The notes under the pieces were generated by a model, which did no database searches, was not told the DNA's origin, and worked only from the letters and a program-made list of their open reading frames with translations. Below are positions 26,553-34,584 of a stretch of 51,293 bases of DNA, in pieces (position 1 is the first letter of the stretch; each line of letters starts with the position of its first letter). A program made the translations under genes and the position numbers. Origin of the DNA: a virus. Taxonomy: Duplodnaviria > Caudoviricetes. Location: IMG/VR virus record IMGVR_UViG_3300025572_000381, positions 1 through 51,293 of that record; one strand, 5' to 3'.

Positions 26553-29500
26553 GGGTCGTCTCCTCCTCCTGAACAGGTTGACTCAACAAAACCTTGGGAA
26601 CCTCGTGTCGGGGCAGGTGGAACCGGAACCCCGTCGGGCGGTGTGTCAGCCCGTAGACGTAAGGGTGGTCATCGCTGTCGATGAAGAACTCGTCAGGGCG
26701 CGACGCGATCAGCGCCCGCGCAATCTGGGACTTGTCCCGGTAGCGCCCCTGGTCGCTCAGCTGCTTCAGCCGAATCAGCTGTTGTAGAGGGCTGAGGCCG
26801 GGAGCCACCAGGGAGTCCTCGGAATCTTCCAGCAAGCCGGCCTGCTTGTGTTGCAGCTTGCCGATGTGACCAAACTCCACACCGCGCGCGAGCGCGGGTA
26901 CGAAGCTGGTCCCCTCCTCGTCGCTGACCGCGCCACGGTGCGTCGCGTCGAGGAGAGATTTCTTGAGACCCGAACCGTACATGCGGGTGAGCGGGTCCGG
27001 ATCGTGCTGCAGGCTGTACATGGCCCGCACCGGCTCGGGCACGAACGGAGGAGGATCGCGGTGGGTCTCGACCTCGTTGATGCCGAACTCCTCCAGCGTC
27101 TTGATCACGCTGGGACGCAGCTTCGTCCCGATCGTGTAGTGCAGGTAGGGCCGTTCCAGGTACTGGCCCGCAGCCTGCCGCGGGCTGAGCTTCTGCGAGC
27201 CTTCACGCGGCTTCCAGCGGCGTTCCAGGGCGTTGTATCCGACGATGTCGTCGGGAAGGTAGTCCTCCCATTCGTCGGTCATCTTCACGTGGTCGATCAG
27301 ACCGCGAGCCACGAGCTCGACGTTACGCCGGTGCGCGGTGATTCCGGCGTCGCGCATCGCTCCGACCATCGCCTGCACGAAGTATCGCCGCCCCTCGCCA
27401 ATTCCTTTGTGACGGATGATCTCCGCCGGGTGCGGTACGCCGCTGGTCAGCACGTCTCCTGCTTCCACCACGTCTCCCGGCTTCACCTTGAGCGTGGCAG
27501 ACTCGGGAACGTAGTGCTTTTCACCGTCGATGTACAGGTAGTGACCGCCGGCAGGTGCGGGCTGGATCCCACCCACGGTGCCATCCTTCTGGGCGTGAAC
27601 GGCGGCTCCCTGGAACGAGGAGGGGAACTGCACCAAGGCGTCCAGGAGTTGGAAGCCGGAGACGGTCTTGGCCTCACCAGCGACGCCGCCGCTGTGTTTG
27701 GAGCTATTGGAGACGATCAGCCCGTTCTCCAAGACAAAGAGGTGGTCTGGGTGATCCACCTCGATGTCGTAGGTGGGCAGTTCGCCCAGGTACTCCTGTC
27801 CAGTGCGGCTGCAGCGGGCATACTGGACGTTCTTCGACGGTACACAGCCGAGAAGCCGGGCGTCATCTCGCCGGCCGCGGAGCGTTAACTCCACTGACTC
27901 CGGTAGGACTGCGCTAAACTCTGCGCACTTGGTGCCGACCGGCAAGATGCGCGGGACGGAGTTCCAGCGTTCGCCGGAGCACGTCCACTTCATCGTGATC
28001 GCCAGGATCTTGTGGTCGAGGGTACTGTCGAGATGCAGAGCCTTAGGATCCTGACCCTTGCAATACCGGAACCACGTGCGATAGCAGGGTTTGGGTCCGT
28101 TGTCGAATGCACGTAGAACCCGGACAGGGAACGCTCGGGCGGACGTGTCAGCGCCGAGCACGTAGTCCCCAGGCCGGATCTCCTCGATCGGCTTTACGGA
28201 GCCGTCGGCCATCCGGACCTTGGTGCCCTTTACCAGGCAGAGGCTCCCCTGGGAGATCGGTTCGGAGATCGCCTGGGCAGCCGTCATTCCCGTCAGCTCG
28301 CCCACGGAGGGCAGCCTACCGGTTTCCCGCACGCCCACGTCCCGCGCGAGCACACCGCCCTCGGCCGGCCCGCCCAAGACCGGGCTGCGGACCAGGATCC
28401 GCTTGTACCCACGCCGGGAGAGATCCCGCAGAATCTTGGGCGTGAGAATCGTGTTCCGCGGATAGCCGCCCACCGGCGCAGCCAGCAGAGCGCCCTCGTT
28501 GTCCTCGTCGTCGGTATCGACGGGCAATCCCTTGGTCGGAGGCATCACCTCCTCGTCGTCCTCGCCGACAACCACCAGGCGGTGAGCCAGCTGCGCCAGC
28601 TGTTTGCCAAAGAAGCCGGCCGAGGCCGTCGAGTTGGAGACGATCAGCCCGCTGGCCAAGCAGAACATGTGCGAGTCGCACTCGACCTCGAGATCGAACG
28701 TGGGCAGGTCGCCAAGAAACTCCTCGGACTGGAACGTAAGCGCGCACTCGCGGTTGGCAGAATCGCCGGACAGGTCGGAAGGGCCAGCAGCCCGCCACCC
28801 GTAGGCCACGTACTCCTGCTTGGCCGGGTTCTTTCGCTCCTTGGCCTCTCGCAGGGGAATCAGTTGCGGTCCGTACCGTGACCGAGCCTGCTTCTGAGCC
28901 TTGATTTGCGCGAGAACCTTGTGGTCCTCAGTAGCGGTCAGCTCCACAAAGGCGGAGGATTGTCCGGTTCGGAACTTCCAGCGGTAGCAGGGCCGCAGCC
29001 CGTTGTCGTAAACCCTGACGACGCGCGTGGGTGATAGTCGTCCCTGGAAGTCCGCCCCCATCACCATGTCCCCCGGCCGGATGTGCCGGATCTCCTTGAC
29101 TGACCAATCGGCCATCAAGACTTTCTCGCCCGCATAGATGCAGAGCTTCACGTCGATGACGCCCTTCCGCGCCCCGTAGGCTCCGGACCAGTACTCCAGC
29201 GGGCTGAGACCTTCGGAGTAGTTCTTGCGCACCGGCAGCGGGATCGGCCGGTCGCGGTGGTCGACGTAGAGCAGGTCGCTGCCCAGCAGCGACGAAAGGT
29301 TGGCGGGCTTACCGCGGGCCCCGCTGAACACCTGCATCGCCAGCGGGTTCTGCTCGGCCAGCGCTTCCTCGTAGACTTTCTGCTGCTGTTCCTTCTGGTA
29401 CTTCTGTGCCAACTCCAGCAGCTTCTTCTCGCGCTGTTCGTCCGTCAGAGAGTCGTCGTCAAGAATCCGCTCGACCTGGCGGTCGAGACTACGACGCAGA

Positions 29501-29751
29501 GCAATCGAGTAGGGGGTGCGGCGGAGGTGGCGGATTCCGAAGGAGTTACCGCCGGTCTCGTACGCCACCCGCCGAGCCACCTGCATCAGGTCGTGAGCGA
29601 TCTCCCGATAGCGATCAGGAAACCGCTCCGCGACCTCACGCAGCAGCTGCTTAATCCCCTTCGCGTCCAGAATTCGCTGGTAGTCCCGCAGCTCCTTGGG
29701 GAGAGCCCGGTTGATCAGGACTTGTCCGACCGTCGTCACACGCTTCGCCAT
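26539..29751 (-). CDS. rpoC: Phage multisubunit RNA polymerase beta' C-terminal part, two inteins
   Basis: TTVGQ, SGARG, NYSEGLSPLEY..GARKG (bridge helix), GMTAAQAISEP..KHSGG (trigger loop) and HRRNVELVAR are all collinear with the RpoC C-terminal half. Confidence 0.95.
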   Translation of the reverse strand: MAKRVTTVGQVLINRALPKELRDYQRILDAKGIKQLLREVAERFPDRYREIAHDLMQVARRVAYETGGNSFGIRHLRRTPYSIALRRSLDRQVERILDDDSLTDEQREKKLLELAQKYQKEQQQKVYEEALAEQNPLAMQVFSGARGKPANLSSLLGSDLLYVDHRDRPIPLPVRKNYSEGLSPLEYWSGAYGARKGVIDVKLCIYAGEKVLMADWSVKEIRHIRPGDMVMGADFQGRLSPTRVVRVYDNGLRPCYRWKFRTGQSSAFVELTATEDHKVLAQIKAQKQARSRYGPQLIPLREAKERKNPAKQEYVAYGWRAAGPSDLSGDSANRECALTFQSEEFLGDLPTFDLEVECDSHMFCLASGLIVSNSTASAGFFGKQLAQLAHRLVVVGEDDEEVMPPTKGLPVDTDDEDNEGALLAAPVGGYPRNTILTPKILRDLSRRGYKRILVRSPVLGGPAEGGVLARDVGVRETGRLPSVGELTGMTAAQAISEPISQGSLCLVKGTKVRMADGSVKPIEEIRPGDYVLGADTSARAFPVRVLRAFDNGPKPCYRTWFRYCKGQDPKALHLDSTLDHKILAITMKWTCSGERWNSVPRILPVGTKCAEFSAVLPESVELTLRGRRDDARLLGCVPSKNVQYARCSRTGQEYLGELPTYDIEVDHPDHLFVLENGLIVSNSSKHSGGVAGEAKTVSGFQLLDALVQFPSSFQGAAVHAQKDGTVGGIQPAPAGGHYLYIDGEKHYVPESATLKVKPGDVVEAGDVLTSGVPHPAEIIRHKGIGEGRRYFVQAMVGAMRDAGITAHRRNVELVARGLIDHVKMTDEWEDYLPDDIVGYNALERRWKPREGSQKLSPRQAAGQYLERPYLHYTIGTKLRPSVIKTLEEFGINEVETHRDPPPFVPEPVRAMYSLQHDPDPLTRMYGSGLKKSLLDATHRGAVSDEEGTSFVPALARGVEFGHIGKLQHKQAGLLEDSEDSLVAPGLSPLQQLIRLKQLSDQGRYRDKSQIARALIASRPDEFFIDSDDHPYVYGLTHRPTGFRFHLPRHEVPKVLLSQPVQEEETTHGTS
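27706..28239 (-). mobile_element. Mini-intein (178 aa) in the trigger loop
   Basis: QGSL|CLVKGTKV..STLDHKI..TYDIEV..LIVSN|SSKHSGG; no endonuclease motifs. Confidence 0.92.
28633..29142 (-). mobile_element. Mini-intein (170 aa) in the bridge helix
   Basis: DVKL|CIYAGEKV..ATEDHKV..TFDLEV..LIVSN|STASAG; no endonuclease motifs. Confidence 0.92.
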
Positions 29752-29807
29752 ACCAGCAGCTTAGCGCGTGCACGGTCGTCCAGGCTCCTGCAGTTCTAGG
29801 GGCGCCG

Positions 29808-30947
29808 CTAGACCTCTACCGGGTGCCCATTGCGGCTGGCCAGAGTAGCCGCCTGTCGTGGTAGGCTCTCAGGCAGCTCCAACGACTGAGCGGCCTCCTC
29901 CAGGGAAACCCCTGCTTCCCGCAGCTCGACCAGGCGCATCAGCTGGTCGTAATTGACCTTCCGCTCGCGCGCCAGCTGACACCACAGCGTGTCCCCAAGG
30001 TACGCCTGCAGCACCTCAGCGGGAGGATTCGGGAACTCGCGTACGTAGCGGAAGCGGCTGGGCCGGTACCGCAGCGCGGGATCCACCTTGCTGATGTCGT
30101 TGACCGTCAGCACGAACACCACTCCGCGGTAGTCGTTCATCACCCCGTCCAAGCAGTTGAGCAAGGTGTCGAACGTGAACCCCGCCGCCGGTGCAGACCC
30201 GCCATTGTGCGACCGCACCGTCACCGGCTCGCGACCGTTGAAGTAGTTGTCGAAGTCCTCCAGCAGAACAATGCACCGGGGAGGAAGTCGAGAACACAGC
30301 TGCAGCAGTCTGGGGTTGGTCAGGTCGGAGTTCACCGAGATGACGACCAGATCCGCGCGGTTCTCCATCGCCCACCGTTTGACCATGGTTGTCTTGCCAT
30401 TTCCCGGAGGACCATACAGCAGCACACCCACCCTGCCCGCGCCGCGGGTCAGCACTTCGCTCACCGCTTGGTCCATGTCCTGCCAGACCGATGGCGGTTG
30501 AATGGGGGGACGAAGCTCTTCGTGCAGATGCCCCAGCTTTGACAGACTCCAGCTGTCGGCCAGCCAGACGCAAATACCGTCCTGCCTCTCCAGCTCGGTC
30601 AACCGCTCCGTGAGCAGCTTTAGCAGCCGTCTCCGGAAGAGGCGAAGCGTATGCACGGTGGCCACCACGTCGGTGGCAGCCACGCCCGTGTGCAGGGTGC
30701 GCTCGTGACTCACCAGCTTCAAAGGGCAGAACCCCTTGGGCCAGGCCCACATCGCCAGCTCCCAGGGCGACTGCCGGAGGCGCGCCACAGAGATCGACTC
30801 GTGCGCGATCCAGTGGCGCTGAGTCCGTAGGTACTGCCAGAGCGACTCGTACAACGGCTCGTCCAGGCGGACCGTATGGACGCAAAAGGCACGCAAAGTG
30901 GCCCACAGGGCGAGCAAAGAGCCGCCCAGGGTCAGAAGATACGACAT
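29808..30947 (-). CDS. AAA+ ATPase, BCS1-like, with N-terminal hydrophobic anchor
   Basis: LLYGPPGNGKTT, LLEDFD, TLLNCLDG and DPALRYRPSRF motifs. Confidence 0.9.
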   Translation of the reverse strand: MSYLLTLGGSLLALWATLRAFCVHTVRLDEPLYESLWQYLRTQRHWIAHESISVARLRQSPWELAMWAWPKGFCPLKLVSHERTLHTGVAATDVVATVHTLRLFRRRLLKLLTERLTELERQDGICVWLADSWSLSKLGHLHEELRPPIQPPSVWQDMDQAVSEVLTRGAGRVGVLLYGPPGNGKTTMVKRWAMENRADLVVISVNSDLTNPRLLQLCSRLPPRCIVLLEDFDNYFNGREPVTVRSHNGGSAPAAGFTFDTLLNCLDGVMNDYRGVVFVLTVNDISKVDPALRYRPSRFRYVREFPNPPAEVLQAYLGDTLWCQLARERKVNYDQLMRLVELREAGVSLEEAAQSLELPESLPRQAATLASRNGHPVEV

Positions 30948-30965
30948 GTTGAAGCCTCCCCAGGA

Positions 30966-32234
30966 CTACCAGCGGCCAGCAGCCACCTGACCGTGGTCGG
31001 TCGAAACGAAGTCCCCCCGCTGCTCCATCAGCTCGAAGTACGCCTTGATCTCACGGGAGGCGTCCTCGCGGTTAGCCAATCCCAGGTGCGGGTCGGCGAT
31101 CTCACGCTGATAGGTGTCGGGATCAGGCTGGATGCCGATCGGCTCCAGGATCTCGCTCTCCTTATCCGGGGGCGAGACGTAGACGATCCACCCGACGGGC
31201 CGCTGGTTGGCGCCCAGCTTGACGCGGGTGTTGCGCTGCAGGCCGCCTGTGGTGTCGAAGTACAGACCCACGATCCGCTCCATGGAGAGCGAGAAGAAGT
31301 GCGTGTGGCCCGAGAGCACACGGCGATAGTGCTCGTGCGGCTGCATATTGCGTTGCTTGGTCAGCAGCTCGTCCTTGACCGCGTCGATGAACGCCGGCGA
31401 GTTGGGCGAGTTCTTGCTGTAGCCAAAGCCGTGACGTACCAGCACGTTGTAAGTGCCGCGGTACGCCAGGTTGATGGTCATCGAGTCCCAGTGCAGCTGG
31501 AATTTGAGCGACTCGATGTCCTCGTTGAGCGAACGCATCATGTAGAAGAGCGACTCGGTCAGAGACACCGAGCCGTGGTAATCGTGGTTGCCGCGCATGA
31601 TGTGCCAGGTGATCGGCACTTCCGGCAGGCGCTCGCGGATCTGCTGCAGCAGCCTCCGAGCTTTCATGGCTCCCACGATCAGCTGCTCGTGCACGTCGGA
31701 GGTGACCATGTCGAGGTCCTGCTCCTTGTACACGCCGCGACCGGCGATCCAGTCGTCGCCGGCCACGATCTGCACCTCCTGTGGCTTATAGATGTCGATC
31801 AGGTCCAAGACCTTGGCCTGCATCGCGTTGCCACAAGAGAGCAGATGGTTTGCGTCCGCGTAGTGGTGATCCGAGGCCCGCAGGGTGAACCGGCCCCCCA
31901 GGGCCGAGGCGGAGGAGCGCTGGGACCAGGCCAGTCGCATGCGGAGGCTGGCGACCTCTTCCTCCAGTTCGCGGATTCGGTCATGAGGCCTGGTGTCCAC
32001 CGGCGAGTGCATCGCTGCCGACTGGAGCACCCGCATCACTTGCCGCCGCTGCTTGTCCTTGGGGGCCTCCTCCTTGGCCTCCTTCTTGGACTGATGCCGC
32101 GTGTGGTGGTGCCAGTAATAGGACCGCGCGGCAATCCCCAGCTTCTGATCAACCTCCTTCCAGGTGAGCCCCTGCTTCCGTAGCTGCTCGATTTTACGCA
32201 CCGTCAGCGCAGGATTTTTGGCGCTCCGTGCCAT
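30966..32234 (-). CDS. Calcineurin-like metallophosphoesterase with N-terminal HTH/coiled coil
   Basis: SDHH, AGDDW, RGNHD, RHG and SGHTH motifs; N-terminal LRKQGLTWKEVDQKLGI. Confidence 0.8.
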   Translation of the reverse strand: MARSAKNPALTVRKIEQLRKQGLTWKEVDQKLGIAARSYYWHHHTRHQSKKEAKEEAPKDKQRRQVMRVLQSAAMHSPVDTRPHDRIRELEEEVASLRMRLAWSQRSSASALGGRFTLRASDHHYADANHLLSCGNAMQAKVLDLIDIYKPQEVQIVAGDDWIAGRGVYKEQDLDMVTSDVHEQLIVGAMKARRLLQQIRERLPEVPITWHIMRGNHDYHGSVSLTESLFYMMRSLNEDIESLKFQLHWDSMTINLAYRGTYNVLVRHGFGYSKNSPNSPAFIDAVKDELLTKQRNMQPHEHYRRVLSGHTHFFSLSMERIVGLYFDTTGGLQRNTRVKLGANQRPVGWIVYVSPPDKESEILEPIGIQPDPDTYQREIADPHLGLANREDASREIKAYFELMEQRGDFVSTDHGQVAAGRW

Positions 32235-32298
32235 GCGTCTCCTCCAAAAACTCGTGCCGGCTCGGCCGGCGCGGACGACTTAGTGCCCAGACGGGGGC

Positions 32299-32592
32299 TC
32301 AGTACTCGTCCTCTTCGTCGCCGATCTCGTCCTCGACGTCTTCTTCGAGGACAGTCTCGCCGAGAAGCGGATCGACTTTCGCAGACGGCTCGGCCGGGCT
32401 CCCCAGAACCTGGATGCCGCCGTACGAGGCTACGTCCTCGCCCTTGAACTCCTCGACAGGCTGCTCGTCTTCCGGCTGGTAGTGCACCAGTTTCTCGACG
32501 TCTTCCTGCGAGACGGGCTGGGTCAGAACTTCGGGCAGGACGTCACGTTTGTGCTCGCGGCGAACACGAAAGTCGATCGGTCGGTACATCAT
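32299..32592 (-). CDS. Small highly acidic protein
   Basis: 4-bp overlap with the upstream gene; D/E-rich tail. Confidence 0.7.
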   Translation of the reverse strand: MMYRPIDFRVRREHKRDVLPEVLTQPVSQEDVEKLVHYQPEDEQPVEEFKGEDVASYGGIQVLGSPAEPSAKVDPLLGETVLEEDVEDEIGDEEDEY

Positions 32593-32852
32593 CGAGGCTC
32601 ACTAATGATCCGAGCACCAGGCGGCAAGGGCGACGTCCGCACGGAGTCAACCACTACGGTGCGCCGTACCCCCAGCGTAGCTAGTGCCCGGTTAAACTCC
32701 TTGTCCTTGGCGTGCGCCGTATAGATGGCCTTATCCGGACCGTACAGCGCCGCCACTGCTAAGGGATTGCCCAGGTCGTCGTAGATCACGACTTGTGACG
32801 CGGGCACCCTGATCGCTGGCTGGCCGGCGTCCGTCTGAATCTCGACGAACAC
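32589..32852 (-). CDS. Small hypothetical protein
   Basis: GGAGG RBS; coupled to both neighbours. Confidence 0.8.
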   Translation of the reverse strand: MFVEIQTDAGQPAIRVPASQVVIYDDLGNPLAVAALYGPDKAIYTAHAKDKEFNRALATLGVRRTVVVDSVRTSPLPPGARIISEPR

Positions 32853-33457
32853 TAGCCAGCCTCCGATAGCCTATTCAGCCAGGTGTGCTCCCCTGCCAAC
32901 GTATCAAACGCCATCTTCGGGTCGGCCGCTGCAGCGGGGTCGCCGCCGGCCGGAGCGCCCGCCCCCATGGACATGCCGGCCTGCAGGGCAGACATCGGAT
33001 CGGCGCCCGGGTCGGTAGCCTGCATGTCCGCGGCGACCAGATCCTCCGCCTTGAACGGCACGTTCAGATAGTCCAGCAGCTTGGCGATGAGCATCGTCTG
33101 ACGCTGCATGGTCGCCCGCATCAGCGCCAGCTCGTCTTGTTTGTTCGCGCCCTTGCCGCGGCCGGCCATACCGCCGCCGCCGCCGACCATACCGGACTGC
33201 TGCAGCTGCGCAGCCACCGCCTGCGCGATTGCCTGCACCGGGTCACCGGCTCCAGCCATGGGGTCGGCAGGAGCACCCATGGCCCCGCCTCCGGCAGCGG
33301 CGGGATCTCCTGGAGGCATCATCGCTCCGCCTGCGGCCGGGTCGCCGGCCGGAGGACCCGCCCCGAATCCCTCGGGCGGGACGAACGCTTGTTTCTGCCG
33401 TTTGGCCTTGGCAGCTTCCAGTGCCAGATGCAACAGGGTGGGCGAGATCTTCGGCAT
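32852..33457 (-). CDS. Gly/Pro/Met-rich protein with KQAF and KMAF motifs, probable virion protein
   Basis: Leader ends in KRQKQAF; GDPAAG repeats. Confidence 0.8.
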   Translation of the reverse strand: MPKISPTLLHLALEAAKAKRQKQAFVPPEGFGAGPPAGDPAAGGAMMPPGDPAAAGGGAMGAPADPMAGAGDPVQAIAQAVAAQLQQSGMVGGGGGMAGRGKGANKQDELALMRATMQRQTMLIAKLLDYLNVPFKAEDLVAADMQATDPGADPMSALQAGMSMGAGAPAGGDPAAAADPKMAFDTLAGEHTWLNRLSEAG

Positions 33458-33467
33458 GGATGAACCG

Positions 33468-33511
33468 GCGAGGTGCGCTAGGGACTACTTCGGCAACCTA
33501 GCGCACCTCGC
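33468..33511. repeat. Perfect 15-bp inverted repeat
   Basis: GCGAGGTGCGCTAGG (33468-33482) / CCTAGCGCACCTCGC (33497-33511). Confidence 0.9.
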
Positions 33512-33528
33512 GCGACTTGACAATAGGT

Positions 33529-34521
33529 TTAGCGCGCGTGTTCAACAGTCGGCGCGAGAGGCCCCGGGCCGACATGCTCTCCTCCCTTCTCGTGATGCTC
33601 GTGATGTAGGAACCACTCCACATCGGAACGAACAATCTCGCCGAGCCCCCGGCTGGGAGCCCAGCCAAGGACGCGCTCGGTTTCATGCCTCCCACGATCC
33701 ACCAGCTCTCGCAGCTCGCCAGCGCGTGGAGGTTCCACGCTCGTACGCACCTGAATGCCGGTAGCTTTTTCGACCTCCGCGACCACCTGGGACACCGTCG
33801 TGCCGACGCCCGTGCCTACGTTGAGCGCCAGGAAGCCCGTGTGGTCCAGCTCCAGCGCCCGACGATTCGCCTCGGCTACGTCCGCCACGTGCACGAAGTC
33901 CCGCACGGGCTCGGTGTCGGTGCCAGGGCGACCAAAGACGGGCAGCGGTTCACCTGACACGCATTTCGAGACGGCCAGCGGAATCAGGTGCTGTGGCGGC
34001 CGCTTGCGATAGCCGTGCTGGAACTCGTCCGTCATGATCGCGCCGGCCACGTTGAAATACCGCAGGGCCACGACGCTCACGCCGTCAGCCGCCGCGCAGT
34101 CCGCCAGGATCCGCTCGCACATCAGCTTGCTCCGGCCATAAGGGCTGGGCGGCGGCATGAGCAGCGTCGAAGCAGGATGCGTGTTGGACAGGGTGTAGAC
34201 CGCCGCCGACGACGCGAAGACGAGCTTCGGCACCTTGTAAGTTCGCATCCAGGCCAGTAGATCAATCGTCTGCGCCACGTTGGCGTGGTAGTAGGCCAGC
34301 GGGTCCCGCAGCGACTCCGGCACCGACGTCTTCGCGGCCAGGTGAATTACTGCGTCTGGTCGCGGCGCGTCGCCCAGGCTGAAGCACATGCGGTTGATTG
34401 GCACCAGCTCAGCGTCAGGGCGCACCAGGTCGTGGATCCAAACCTCGTACCCGTGCTTGAGCAGCTCCCAGGCGGTCGCCGTGCCGATGTACCCTGAGCC
34501 GCCAGTAATCAGAACGCGCAT
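33529..34521 (-). CDS. galE: NAD-dependent epimerase, UDP-glucose 4-epimerase-like
   Basis: GGSGYIG, HLAA..V.ES..PLAYY, FASSAAVY, YGRSK, LRYFNVAG and RDFVHV motifs. Confidence 0.9.
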   Translation of the reverse strand: MRVLITGGSGYIGTATAWELLKHGYEVWIHDLVRPDAELVPINRMCFSLGDAPRPDAVIHLAAKTSVPESLRDPLAYYHANVAQTIDLLAWMRTYKVPKLVFASSAAVYTLSNTHPASTLLMPPPSPYGRSKLMCERILADCAAADGVSVVALRYFNVAGAIMTDEFQHGYRKRPPQHLIPLAVSKCVSGEPLPVFGRPGTDTEPVRDFVHVADVAEANRRALELDHTGFLALNVGTGVGTTVSQVVAEVEKATGIQVRTSVEPPRAGELRELVDRGRHETERVLGWAPSRGLGEIVRSDVEWFLHHEHHEKGGEHVGPGPLAPTVEHAR

Positions 34522-34584
34522 GGTTATCTACTCCGAGCAGGAACTAAAGTGCCCACAGATTATGCCGCTCGGAGAGAAAGTAAT

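Noticed and set aside
33517-33545. Plus-strand sigma70 promoter from a perfect TTGACA
   Set aside because: No -10 element at 16-18 nt, and it would point antisense into galE.
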